A stretch of 64,000 nt of DNA from the NCBI GenBank assembly GCA_027482685.1, contig JAIXVU010000003.1, forward strand, positions 38,065 through 102,064, given 5' to 3'. Each line of letters begins with the position of its first letter. Positions within the stretch are counted from its first letter, which is position 1. The DNA comes from a bacterium (GTDB taxonomy: Bacteria > Patescibacteriota > Minisyncoccia > Phycocordibacterales > UBA5272). Below the pieces are notes generated by a model that saw only the letters and a program-made list of their open reading frames with translations, was not told the DNA's origin and did not search any database. The translations under genes were made by a program, and so were the position numbers. Below, in pieces: positions 52,124-62,112 of the stretch.

Positions 52124-52157
52124 ACAAAGAGCGACGCTGACAGGCGTCGCTCTTTGT
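52124..52157. terminator. REP-like palindrome / terminator
   Basis: acaaagagcgacgc-tgacag-gcgtcgctctttgt. Confidence 0.75.
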
Positions 52158-52170
52158 TATACTCATATAC

Positions 52171-52773
52171 ATGTATTCTCTTACCAAAGACGAGCTACAA
52201 TTTTTAAAGAAACTTACTACTCCGATCAAAATCCAAGACTATCTTGATAGTATAGATTTCAATTACGAGAAGAACGGCGAGACCTGTATGTCCCCACGCC
52301 GCGTAATAAAAGAGGGTAAGGCACATTGTATAGAAGGGGCGTTGCTTGCAGCTCTTGCTCTTATGGTTAACGGTGAGCGACCACTACTTCTTAATTTGAA
52401 AGTAAGACATGATGATTATGATCATGTTGTAGCACTCTATAAATGTAACGGATATTGGGGGGCAATCAGTAAGACCGCACACTCAGTCTTGCGCTTTCGC
52501 GATCCGGTATACAAGAGTGTGCGAGAACTTGCAATGTCATATTTTCACGAGTATTTTTTGGTAAGTGGTGGTGAAAAAACCATGCTTGGGTATTCAAAGC
52601 CTATTAATCTTAAAAGATACGGAACAAGTTGGATAACAGAAGAGAAAGATCTTTGGACTATCGCAGAGAAGATATTTGATGCACCGATTACAAAAGTGAT
52701 TCCAAAGGGAAATGAAAAGTATATTAAGCCTGCGACAGAACTTGAACGGAAAGCCTCGGACATAAAAAGCTAA
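52171..52773 (+). CDS. Conserved hypothetical protein, transglutaminase-like (Cys-His)
   Basis: AHCIEGA, DHVVA, RFRDPVY. Confidence 0.65.
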   Translation: MYSLTKDELQFLKKLTTPIKIQDYLDSIDFNYEKNGETCMSPRRVIKEGKAHCIEGALLAALALMVNGERPLLLNLKVRHDDYDHVVALYKCNGYWGAISKTAHSVLRFRDPVYKSVRELAMSYFHEYFLVSGGEKTMLGYSKPINLKRYGTSWITEEKDLWTIAEKIFDAPITKVIPKGNEKYIKPATELERKASDIKS

Positions 52774-52793
52774 TAAGGTTATATACTACATAC

Positions 52794-53579
52794 ATGTATT
52801 TTGAATCTAGTAAAAATAACAATAGTCCAATAATTTGTAACGTGCCTCATTCCGGGACTCTGATACCAGCAGAATATGAATCTGATTTTATTCTACAGGA
52901 GGACGATTTAGAGCAAGAGATTTTGTATATGGCGGATAATTATACTGACGAGCTATACAAGGAATTATTAAATATTTCAAGTTATGTACAATCTACCGTT
53001 AGTAGAATTTTGGTTGATATAGAACGATTTGAAGATGAAGAGGATGAGCCAATGTCAAAAGTCGGCATGTCAGCTTTTTACACAATGACAAGTGAAGGTG
53101 AGCTGCTCAGAACCATTACAGATGAAAGGAGGATTGAGCTTGAGAAAATATATAAAAATTATCATGACACTTTCACTGATTTAGTTACTGTTGCGCTTTC
53201 TAATTATGATACGGCTATTATTGTAGACTGTCATTCGTTTGCATCCATCCCTAGAATATACGAAAGCGATAAAGATGGAGACCGTCCAGATATTTGTATT
53301 GGGGTAGATGAGTACCATACACCAAAAGAGTTAGTAGAAAGGCTCCAAACTAACTTTGGAGAACTCGGATATAGTGTAAAAGTTAACAGTCCTTTTGCAG
53401 GGAGTATTGTACCTGCTCTATATTATCAAAAAGATATAAGAGTGATTTCAGTGATGATTGAAGTCAATAGAAAACTCTATATAGATGAACTAACATTTCA
53501 AAAATCAAAAAATTTTTCTGAAGTCTCAAGGGCTATTTCTCGAGCGGTTATAAAAAGTTTGAACGAGTTTATAAAATAA
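52794..53579 (+). CDS. N-formylglutamate amidohydrolase family protein
   Basis: PHSG, DCHSF, RPDICIG, NSPFAG, MIEVNR. Confidence 0.9.
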   Translation: MYFESSKNNNSPIICNVPHSGTLIPAEYESDFILQEDDLEQEILYMADNYTDELYKELLNISSYVQSTVSRILVDIERFEDEEDEPMSKVGMSAFYTMTSEGELLRTITDERRIELEKIYKNYHDTFTDLVTVALSNYDTAIIVDCHSFASIPRIYESDKDGDRPDICIGVDEYHTPKELVERLQTNFGELGYSVKVNSPFAGSIVPALYYQKDIRVISVMIEVNRKLYIDELTFQKSKNFSEVSRAISRAVIKSLNEFIK

Positions 53580-53580
53580 T

Positions 53581-54043
53581 ATGGGACAAGAACAGCTATC
53601 GGGTCCAGAAAAAATATTTACGAGTGTATCCCCAAAAGAATTTATCAATCAAAGAGATAGATTGCGAGAAGATTTGTTTGCATTTCTTACCCCGCTCACA
53701 GAAGAAGATTATGTAGCAAAAAAGACAAAGTTGTTTTTATCACAGGATTTACAATCAGGTTTCGGTGTTAATCCAGATGGAGAGCTTATATCTGTATTTG
53801 CTTTAGAAAAACAAAGAGGAAGGCTTCTTGTTGCTGAGGCAAGAAATCAGGGGGGCTAAATATTTAAGTTGCATGGGTGACTATTTACTAGAGCTATATT
53901 CTGAGTTTGATTTTTCCCCAGTAGAAATTTTGAAATGGGATAACAGGTTTACCCCTAAAAATTGGAATTATGAGAGATTTGGAGCTCCAAATATTTATGA
54001 AATGAGATTAAAAAATCCTTATGCGGATAAATTTGAGGGGTAA
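53581..54043 (+). pseudogene. GNAT-like hypothetical gene split at a G6 run (53850-53855)
   Basis: Removing one G fuses ...EARNQG to AKYLSCMGDYL...; contains GELISVF. Confidence 0.6.
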
Positions 54044-54111
54044 TTTACGCGTGAATTAATTCATGTACGATAGGTGAAAAGTTCTAAAAATCGTGCTATA
54101 CTAGGGGGATT

Positions 54112-55377
54112 ATGAATACATTTAAGGCTATTTTTACTGACAAGACGCTACGTAACCGTATTTTCTTCGTTATTGGTATTTTATTACTTACTCGTGTACT
54201 TTCTTCTATTCCAATTCCTGGAATAGATATTTCTAACCTCGGAGCATTCTTACAAAATAACAGTTTCTTCGGGCTACTTAACCTGCTTTCTGGAGGAGGA
54301 ATTGCATCATTCTCTATCGTGATGCTCGGAGTTGGTCCATATATTACAGCGTCTATCATCATGCAGCTCATGACAGTACTTTCTCCTTCACTTAAGGAAA
54401 TGTATCAAGAATCAGGGGATGCTGGTCGTCGGAAGTTCGTACAGTATGGACGCCTACTATCGCTACCGTTTGCTATCCTTCAAGGGTATGCACTCCTTGT
54501 ACTTCTCTCTCGTCAAAATGTTATTCCAGAATTATCTCTTGAGCAGATGGTGTTTAACCTAACCATCATTACAGCAGGAACGATGCTTATGATGTGGCTA
54601 GGAGAGCAGATCAACGAGCGTGGTATCGGTAACGGTGTGTCGCTCATTATATTTGCTGGTATCGTAGCACTCCTTCCTCAGACACTTGGACAATTCTTCG
54701 TAACATTTGATGTGTCACAGATTCCACTTGTTGTCGGAATATTCGTATTATCACTTATTGTTACTGCAGGTATCGTGTATGTTACAGAGGCAGAACGTCC
54801 AATCCCTGTAACGTATGCTCGTCAGACACGACTAGGACAAGCTCCTGCCCTTGGGGGTCCAACAACATACCTCCCACTACGACTAAACCAAGCTGGAGTT
54901 GTGCCTATTATCTTCGCAGTATCAATCCTTCTTTTCCCACAGTTAATAGGACAGCTGTTTGCAACATCATCAAATGACTTACTTCGTAGTCTTGCTAGTA
55001 GTATGAATGAAATACTTGCTAACCAGTGGATATATGGAGCAATTTATTTCTTCCTTGTTGTAACATTTACGTATTTCTATACAGCGGTGATGTTTGACCC
55101 AGAGAAGACAGCGGATAACCTACAGAAAAATGGCGCATTTATCCCGGGTCACAGACCAGGAGGAGCAACGGCAGAATACATCGGATATGTGCTTGCACGT
55201 GTGACTCTCATTGGTGCTATTTTCCTTGGATCCGTTGCAGTGTTGCCGATTATCGTACAAGGTATAACAGGGATTAGCGCGATTCAAATCGGAGGAACAT
55301 CACTTTTGATTGCGGTGTCAGTGATACTGGATGTAATTAAGAAGATTGACGCTCAACTCTCCATGCGTGAGTATTAG
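54112..55377 (+). CDS. secY: Preprotein translocase SecY
   Basis: LGVGPYITASII, GIGNGVSLIIF, IPGHRPG, GGTSLLI. Confidence 0.98.
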   Translation: MNTFKAIFTDKTLRNRIFFVIGILLLTRVLSSIPIPGIDISNLGAFLQNNSFFGLLNLLSGGGIASFSIVMLGVGPYITASIIMQLMTVLSPSLKEMYQESGDAGRRKFVQYGRLLSLPFAILQGYALLVLLSRQNVIPELSLEQMVFNLTIITAGTMLMMWLGEQINERGIGNGVSLIIFAGIVALLPQTLGQFFVTFDVSQIPLVVGIFVLSLIVTAGIVYVTEAERPIPVTYARQTRLGQAPALGGPTTYLPLRLNQAGVVPIIFAVSILLFPQLIGQLFATSSNDLLRSLASSMNEILANQWIYGAIYFFLVVTFTYFYTAVMFDPEKTADNLQKNGAFIPGHRPGGATAEYIGYVLARVTLIGAIFLGSVAVLPIIVQGITGISAIQIGGTSLLIAVSVILDVIKKIDAQLSMREY

Positions 55378-55612
55378 TCATAAAAGATTTCATCTACTGT
55401 GTTAAAAAAGTTTTTGCTCCCGCAATGTACGTCAAAGTACATCTTGGTTGCAAAAACTTTTTTGCCTTGTATCTAAAACCTTTTCTGATCAATACCATAA
55501 AAATTACTTCAGTCCACTCTTATCCAGCGGAAGTTTTTTTGAGGAAGAAGTACTAAAACGTACGGTGGCCTACAAAAACTTCCGCTCTTCGTGTATCTAA
55601 AGCAATTTTTAT
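55371..55612. repeat. Two tandem nested hairpin elements (copies F and G, after secY)
   Basis: F: tctactgtgtt...GTAC-N6-GTAC...gccttgtatct; G: agcggaagttttt...GTAC-N6-GTAC...aaaaacttccgct-cttcgtgtatct. Confidence 0.85.
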
Positions 55613-55733
55613 ACTATTCCGGAGACCCATGCCTCATATTTCATCAAATATCTTCACGTAGTAATACAAATAGAAAAGCATAGCTCTGATAATTCTTTAG
55701 AGCGGTACTTGTAGTGTATGGTATTATATATCT

Positions 55734-56339
55734 ATGGATACAGCGAATAAACAGTTTTTTATCATTATCGGTCGTTCTGGTGCCGGTAAGGGTACACAAG
55801 CTGAACTACTTAAGAAATATCTAGAAGATAAAGGGCATGAGAAAGTGGTGCACACAACTACCGGCGGAGGATTCAGAGAACTCATAGAACGTGATAACTA
55901 TGCAGCGCGATTATCAAAAGAGCTCACTAATAATGGCGTACTTAATCCAGAGTTTCTCGCTATCTGGAACTGGTCTAATATTTTCATAAACACATTAACT
56001 GGAAATGAAACTGTTATATTAGACGGTGCGCCGCGCAGATTGGTAGAAGTAACAGCACTTCATAGTGCGCTTAGTTTCTTTCAATATCACCACCCTATTG
56101 TTATCTATCTTGATGCACCAGAATCAGAGTCTCTCACCCGACTGAAAGAGCGCGGACGAGTGGATGACCAGAATGAAGAGGGGACGAAGCTCAGAATGAA
56201 ATGGTTTGATGAAGATGTGTTACCAGTTGTTGACTATTACTCACGTGATCCACACTATAGATTCATTCACGTAAACGGGCTCAAATCCCCAGAAGAGGTT
56301 CATCAAGAGTTAGTTGAAAAACTTTCACAACTAGGTTAG
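55734..56339 (+). CDS. adk: Adenylate kinase family protein (short LID)
   Basis: GRSGAGKGTQ, LDGAPR, RGRVDD; secY-adk-map synteny. Confidence 0.85.
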   Translation: MDTANKQFFIIIGRSGAGKGTQAELLKKYLEDKGHEKVVHTTTGGGFRELIERDNYAARLSKELTNNGVLNPEFLAIWNWSNIFINTLTGNETVILDGAPRRLVEVTALHSALSFFQYHHPIVIYLDAPESESLTRLKERGRVDDQNEEGTKLRMKWFDEDVLPVVDYYSRDPHYRFIHVNGLKSPEEVHQELVEKLSQLG

Positions 56340-56387
56340 TATTAGTTTTTTCTAAAACCTAACCCCTAATCTCTAAACCCTAGTCTT

Positions 56388-57158
56388 ATGAAATATAATA
56401 TCAAACTTAAAAACGAAGCCGACATCAAGATACTGCGTGAAAGTGGTAAGCGACTTGCTCGTGTTCTACAAGCGGTTGCTAAAGAAGTAAAACCTGGTGT
56501 AACAACAGGATATTTGAATGATTTTGTATATAAGATGATAACTGATATGGGGGATGAGCCTGCATTCCTTAACTACAAACCATTCGGAGCAGCATATCCA
56601 TATCCAGGAAGTATTTGTATCTCAGTTAACGATGAAGTTGTACATGGTATAGGAGGAGACAGGGTGCTACAGGAGGGGGATATTGTAGGACTAGATGGTG
56701 GAGTAAAACATAAAGGCATGATATCAGATAGTGCAATCACTGTAGCAGTTGGGAAGATTAGTGAAGAGGATGCAGAATTAATGCGGGTGACCAAGGAAGC
56801 TCTCATGGCAGGTATTCACGCTGCAGTTGCAGGAAATTACGTTAATGATATTTCAAAAGCAATTGAGAAATCTATTCCAAAAAAATACGGCGTTGTAAAA
56901 ATACTCTCAGGGCATGGGGTAGGGTACAAAGTTCACGAAGAACCATACGTTCCTAATTTTGACGACGGAGTGAAGGGTCCTAAGCTTGTGCCAGGACTCG
57001 TGCTTGCAATTGAGCCAATGGTTAATCTTGGAACTGATGAAGTGTATCTCGCAGACGATGGGTACACATTTATCACCAAGGATAACAAAAAGTCAGCTCA
57101 TTTTGAACATAGTATTCTTATTACAGATAGTAAACCAGAGATTCTAACAATCATATAA
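56388..57158 (+). CDS. map: Methionine aminopeptidase type I
   Basis: SVNDEVVHG, GHGVG, HEEP, AIEPM, SAHFEH. Confidence 0.97.
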   Translation: MKYNIKLKNEADIKILRESGKRLARVLQAVAKEVKPGVTTGYLNDFVYKMITDMGDEPAFLNYKPFGAAYPYPGSICISVNDEVVHGIGGDRVLQEGDIVGLDGGVKHKGMISDSAITVAVGKISEEDAELMRVTKEALMAGIHAAVAGNYVNDISKAIEKSIPKKYGVVKILSGHGVGYKVHEEPYVPNFDDGVKGPKLVPGLVLAIEPMVNLGTDEVYLADDGYTFITKDNKKSAHFEHSILITDSKPEILTII

Positions 57159-57204
57159 TTTCTCCACTAGTTCATCATCCTTATTGCCTATATACTAGGT
57201 ACAT

Positions 57205-59931
57205 ATGAATTCTACATTTAGTACCCCCGAAGAAGAGATAGCATTTTTACGTAGTCAAATATCTACAAAGATAGAAAAGTCAAAAGGTTTTGAGGGGCGA
57301 TTTAATGAAACTGATCACGCGCGCGAAGTTATTCGTGATTATAAAGAGACGAAGCTTGAACAAGTTATTCCTGTTGCTTCCCAGATCACAGAAGGTGAGA
57401 AGCATCGCTTGCTTGAGTGGCTCGCGCCCAAGGATACTGATCAGCAAGTGAGCATGCTATCACAGATTGCTGCAGAGAAAGGACTCAAAAATGCTTTTTC
57501 TGTTGCGGAGAATTTAAATGATCCACAGGTAGAAGACGATTTTGATAGATTTCTCGTACAGTATCTCATCTCAGGTCATGAGTTTAAGAATGATCTTTCA
57601 AAAGATGAATGGAAAGCGCTACATATGAAGCTCTTTGAAGTGATACTTCCAACCGCTCTTGAGGGTCAGGTCAAACAAGCAAAAGAGATGATGGCTCTTA
57701 TGGAACAGTGGTATGCGTCCATGCAAGCACTCGCTAGTGATGCGTCTAACAAGGAGAAAAATTATTATTCTCTTGAGCTAAGTGTTTCTAACAATACTAC
57801 CGTGACGTCATTTTATTGTGCGGTGCATGTGGACTATGCAGCGTTATTTGAAAAAGTTGTACTTGGAGTATTCCCAACTGCAAAAGTTATAGAGCAAAAA
57901 GAAGATTATAATATATTCCATAATCACGCTATAACAGCAGCATCATATGCTGTACCATCTACCCATCCATCGCTTCCGATTACAACATACAACGAAGTAG
58001 AGGGCGACCCGATGGCGCTCATCATTTCATCATTTATTAAAATAGCAAAGGATAAGGAAGGTCTCGCACTTCAGATACTTATCCGTCCATCAGGTGATGT
58101 GTTTGCCCGTAAATACGGTGAGATGTTAGAAGACCTTCGTAAAGGTGAGACATTTAAGCGTGTTGTTGATAAACAAAGCTTTGTTAAAGAGGCATTCTTT
58201 CAAATAGGGGAAGCGCTCTTTTCTAGTCCAAAAAAAGATGACGATACTGCACATAAAGAGGAAAAGAAAACTACGTTTATGGACGAAAACGCTACAAAGT
58301 TCGTCCAAGAGAAATTATCTAAGACTATCCTTGAGGCCAATATCAGAATAGTGGCATCTGCTGAGTCGTTACCAAGAGTGCAAAAGATACGAGATGACTT
58401 AGAAGCATCGTTTGCACAATTTACTAAAGTCCACGGTAATAGCATCACCTGGAAAGAGGTAGAAGGGAATAAACAAAAGGCACTACTTCACCGTTTCTCA
58501 TATCGTCTCTGGAATGATGATGAGAGTTACCCGCTTAACGTCGCAGAACTTGCTTCTCTCTTCCATTTCCCAATGTTATCTAAGGATGTTGCGAACGTGA
58601 AAGAGCAGACATATACTAAGAGCCCAGCGCCTATCGACCTCTCGCCAAACGGTATTTTACTTGGTGTTAATACTACTCGTGGGGAGGCAACAGAGATACA
58701 CTATGATAGAGAGGATCGTGTGCGTCATATGTATGTTATCGGACAGACAGGAACTGGTAAGACAGTGCTCTTGAAGAATATGATTGTCCAAGATATCAAA
58801 AATGGTGACGGTTGTTGTTTCATCGATCCGCATGGTAGCGATATTGAAGATATTTTGGCAAATATTCCACCAGAACGTGCCGGAGATGTTATCTATTTTG
58901 ACCCGTCATATATGCCACGACCGATGGGGCTTAATATGCTTGAGTATGATAGAACTAAACCTGAAACAAAAACGTTTGTTGTTAACGAGCTCTTGGGTAT
59001 TTTTGATAAGTTATTTGATATGAAGACCTCCGGCGGTCCAGGGTTTGAGCAATACTTCCGTAACGCAACACTTCTTGTGATGGAGCACCCAGAATCGGGT
59101 AATACACTCCTTGAGATTGCCCGTATTTTTTCTGATAAAGATTTTAGAGACTATAAGTTATCAAAATGTAAGAATCCTCTCATCCTACAATTCTGGCAAA
59201 ATGCTGAGAAGACATCAGGTGATCAAGGTCTACAAAATTGGACACAGTATGTTAACAGTAAGTTCGATGTCTTTCTCTCAAATGATATTATGCGTCCAGT
59301 TATCGCACAGGAGCGTAGTGCGTTTAACTTCCGAGAGATTATGGATACTAAGAAAATACTTTTAGTTAATCTTGCGAAAGGGCGGTTGGGAGATAAGAAC
59401 GCAGAGCTACTCGGCCTCATCATTGTTGGTAAGTTTTCTCAAGCCGCACTTTCTCGTGTTGATCAGCCGGATGTTAGCAAGCGACCAGACTTCTATCTCT
59501 ACATAGATGAGTTCCAGAATGTTACAACACCAGCAATTGCAAGCATTTTATCAGAAGCACGTAAGTACCGACTTTCCCTTAACATTGCGCACCAGTACAT
59601 CTCGCAGTTAACAGAGGATATTAAAGGTGCTGTGTTTGGTAACGTTGGATCTATGGCAGTATTTCGTATATCGCCAGAGGATGCGCAGTACCTTGAGTCT
59701 AAGTTCGCTCCGACATTTACAGCATCAGATATTATGAAAATAGAGAATAGACATGCGTATCTAAGCCTCCTTGCCAATGGTACCCCGAGGAAACCTTTTG
59801 ATATTGACGTGCTCCCACCACCAAAAGGAGAGATTGCGCGTATCAGTCAGCTTAAGGAGTTAAGTTATCTTACTTATGGTCGCCCAGCAGATGAGGTGAA
59901 CGAAGAAATCATGAGAAAGTATAATATGTAG
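57205..59931 (+). CDS. VirD4/TraD/HerA-like ATPase (CPR-type coupling protein)
   Basis: Walker A GQTGTGKT, IDPHG, YIDEFQN, SEARKY, AHQY. Confidence 0.85.
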   Translation: MNSTFSTPEEEIAFLRSQISTKIEKSKGFEGRFNETDHAREVIRDYKETKLEQVIPVASQITEGEKHRLLEWLAPKDTDQQVSMLSQIAAEKGLKNAFSVAENLNDPQVEDDFDRFLVQYLISGHEFKNDLSKDEWKALHMKLFEVILPTALEGQVKQAKEMMALMEQWYASMQALASDASNKEKNYYSLELSVSNNTTVTSFYCAVHVDYAALFEKVVLGVFPTAKVIEQKEDYNIFHNHAITAASYAVPSTHPSLPITTYNEVEGDPMALIISSFIKIAKDKEGLALQILIRPSGDVFARKYGEMLEDLRKGETFKRVVDKQSFVKEAFFQIGEALFSSPKKDDDTAHKEEKKTTFMDENATKFVQEKLSKTILEANIRIVASAESLPRVQKIRDDLEASFAQFTKVHGNSITWKEVEGNKQKALLHRFSYRLWNDDESYPLNVAELASLFHFPMLSKDVANVKEQTYTKSPAPIDLSPNGILLGVNTTRGEATEIHYDREDRVRHMYVIGQTGTGKTVLLKNMIVQDIKNGDGCCFIDPHGSDIEDILANIPPERAGDVIYFDPSYMPRPMGLNMLEYDRTKPETKTFVVNELLGIFDKLFDMKTSGGPGFEQYFRNATLLVMEHPESGNTLLEIARIFSDKDFRDYKLSKCKNPLILQFWQNAEKTSGDQGLQNWTQYVNSKFDVFLSNDIMRPVIAQERSAFNFREIMDTKKILLVNLAKGRLGDKNAELLGLIIVGKFSQAALSRVDQPDVSKRPDFYLYIDEFQNVTTPAIASILSEARKYRLSLNIAHQYISQLTEDIKGAVFGNVGSMAVFRISPEDAQYLESKFAPTFTASDIMKIENRHAYLSLLANGTPRKPFDIDVLPPPKGEIARISQLKELSYLTYGRPADEVNEEIMRKYNM

Positions 59932-59945
59932 TAACTATTAGTGAT

Positions 59946-60119
59946 ATGTATTTAGACTTGATAATTTTTATTCTTACGATATGCGTGTACCTTCCAATAG
60001 CGGGGGTACTTCTTTACGCATGGCATAAATTTGGATACAAAGAGCATGCAGTAGATATTGCGCGCAGAATATTTCTCGGAGGGTCTGCCATCTTGTTCTT
60101 TTTTATGTTATTTATGTAA
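59946..60119 (+). pseudogene. Small two-TM protein apparently broken at T runs
   Basis: MYLDLII + FILTICVYLPIAGVLLYAWHKFGYKE...LGGSAILFF requires +1 T near 59965. Confidence 0.35.
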
Positions 60120-60125
60120 TCATGT

Positions 60126-60662
60126 ATGCCGGTATATCCTTTTTTAAAAGATGGAGAAGAAATAGTTGCTGTAGCTCGTAAACATTGGATAGTATATGTT
60201 AAGCAAGCATTACTTCATTTGTATGGATGTGCTGTATGTATAGCGCTTGCAGTATTTCTTATCTCTAGAAAAGGATCTACAGTTACTCCAGTGGAAGGTA
60301 TTACACCAGTTGCGCTTATTCTTATAGCATTTGTTATTCTTTTCTGGTCTAGTTTTTTTTATTTTTGGACGAAGAATTATTTTGATGTATGGTATATCAC
60401 AACTTCACATATTGTTGCAGTAAATCAAAAGAATATATTCGAGAGAGAAGAGTCGTTTATGGAGCTTACCAAAATACAAGATGTGTCTTTTGAAAAAGAG
60501 GGAATTATTGCAACATACTTTGGGTATGGAAAACTGCAGGTTCAAACAGCCGGGTCTATTCAAGAATTTGCTATCGACTACATAAGTAATGTAGAAACTG
60601 TTGCTCACCGTATCATGGACTTACGTGATAACGCACAAGGGAAAAATAACATCTCGCTATAA
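60126..60662 (+). CDS. Membrane protein with bacterial PH (bPH_2) domain
   Basis: RKHW, two TM helices, KIQDV, GYGKLQVQTAG. Confidence 0.85.
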   Translation: MPVYPFLKDGEEIVAVARKHWIVYVKQALLHLYGCAVCIALAVFLISRKGSTVTPVEGITPVALILIAFVILFWSSFFYFWTKNYFDVWYITTSHIVAVNQKNIFEREESFMELTKIQDVSFEKEGIIATYFGYGKLQVQTAGSIQEFAIDYISNVETVAHRIMDLRDNAQGKNNISL

Positions 60663-60726
60663 TTTAAAACGAGGCTTTTTAGAGCCACTTGCTTACACAA
60701 TTATATGGGTATATACTTTTTAGCAT

Positions 60727-61170
60727 ATGCCACAAGAAAATATAAGAAATAGACAAGAGGAAGCACCTTCGGCGGATGAATCACAAATAGCTGGCTACAA
60801 AGATGCTGCAAATGTCGAAAGGCTAAATGTAAAGTTTGAAGGGATGCCGGAAGAACAAGAATTGAATGAAGCTATAATTAATGTTAGTGACTATCTTAAA
60901 AAGTCTCAAGATATTCTTGCAGAAATAAAAAGAATTAAGTCTAACATTCTTGAATTTGGTACGGTAGAAATCGGAAGTGAAGATTTTAATCATATTGTAG
61001 AATCTTTGAGAGTCGCAGGTGCGACTCATGGTGATGAAACAAAACTAGCAAAAAGATTAGTCAGTGGTGACGTGGATAGTTCATTAGAAGCGGAATATAC
61101 TGGACATGTAAAATCTCATGAAGATCATCTCATTAGACTGCAAACAAACTTAAAAAATTTGAAAAAGTAA
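60727..61170 (+). CDS. Hypothetical acidic protein
   Basis: 147-aa ORF. Confidence 0.65.
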   Translation: MPQENIRNRQEEAPSADESQIAGYKDAANVERLNVKFEGMPEEQELNEAIINVSDYLKKSQDILAEIKRIKSNILEFGTVEIGSEDFNHIVESLRVAGATHGDETKLAKRLVSGDVDSSLEAEYTGHVKSHEDHLIRLQTNLKNLKK

Positions 61171-61530
61171 AACTCTAAGCATGTCAGTAGCCAAACTTAT
61201 ACATTTAAAATCCAATTACAATAGATTCAAATAAATGTAGAGAAGTGGTGCAGAAAAATGGGGGCGAGAACGCTAGTAAAGAATTCTTCGTGAAGAAAAA
61301 AGCGGATCGACATTTAAGAAATATGAAGATTATAAGCATGCGACACACGAAGAAAGAGGTGGAATAGCTCTGGAGAATGATACCATAGCTGAAATTTTGA
61401 AGCTAATTTGTTATGATTAGCTCAACTTCGCGGTAAAGAACCGCAAGATATTGCAGGTAAATCTGAGGATGTTTAAGTTATAAAAAATAAAAGATGATAC
61501 ATATGTATCATCTTTTATTTTTACCTATAT

Positions 61531-62112
61531 TTATTTTGTGCGTTCCACGTACTCGCCAGTTTCAGTGTTCACGATAATTTTTTCACCAGCTTCTATGAAA
61601 AGGGGGGTTGTAACCTGTGCTCCTGTTTCAAGGGTTACTAACTTACCTCCACCGCTTGCGGTATTGCCTTTGATTGCAGGAGGCGCTTCTTTTACTTCAA
61701 ATGTCATCTTAATTGGAAGTGTTACACCGATAAACTTCTCCTCGTCATCTAATGTGAATATTTTTACATCAACGAGAGTATTTTCTTTTAAGTATTTTGT
61801 TTGGTCACCGAGAATTTCACCGCTTATCTCAAATCTCTTTGCACGGTCTTTTGGATCGCAGAACCAGTACTCACCTTTATTAGCAAACAGGAACATTGCT
61901 TCACGTCGTGATATCTCTGCTTCTTCTGCAGTATCAGATGCATGAAATGTTCCTGGAACAACTTTTCCATTAAGCATATTACGCATACGGACTTGGTTCT
62001 GCGGTTTACGTTTTTGTGTACGAGCTACATGAGACTCGAGAATCTCAAAAGGGACATCGTCAACTAGTATAAACTTTCGTGGTTTAATTTCATCATAATC
62101 AAGTGTTGCCAT
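61531..62112 (-). CDS. efp: Elongation factor P
   Basis: KGNTASGGGK, LETGA, PLFI, NTETGEYVER. Confidence 0.95.
   Translation of the reverse strand: MATLDYDEIKPRKFILVDDVPFEILESHVARTQKRKPQNQVRMRNMLNGKVVPGTFHASDTAEEAEISRREAMFLFANKGEYWFCDPKDRAKRFEISGEILGDQTKYLKENTLVDVKIFTLDDEEKFIGVTLPIKMTFEVKEAPPAIKGNTASGGGKLVTLETGAQVTTPLFIEAGEKIIVNTETGEYVERTK

Noticed and set aside
57205-59931. Conjugative element
   Set aside because: Lone VirD4-like ATPase without relaxase, VirB genes or integrase; such genes are common chromosomal CPR genes.
61180-61480. Fragmented coding-like sequence
   Set aside because: No continuous ORF or recognisable motif; probably a remnant and too weak to call.
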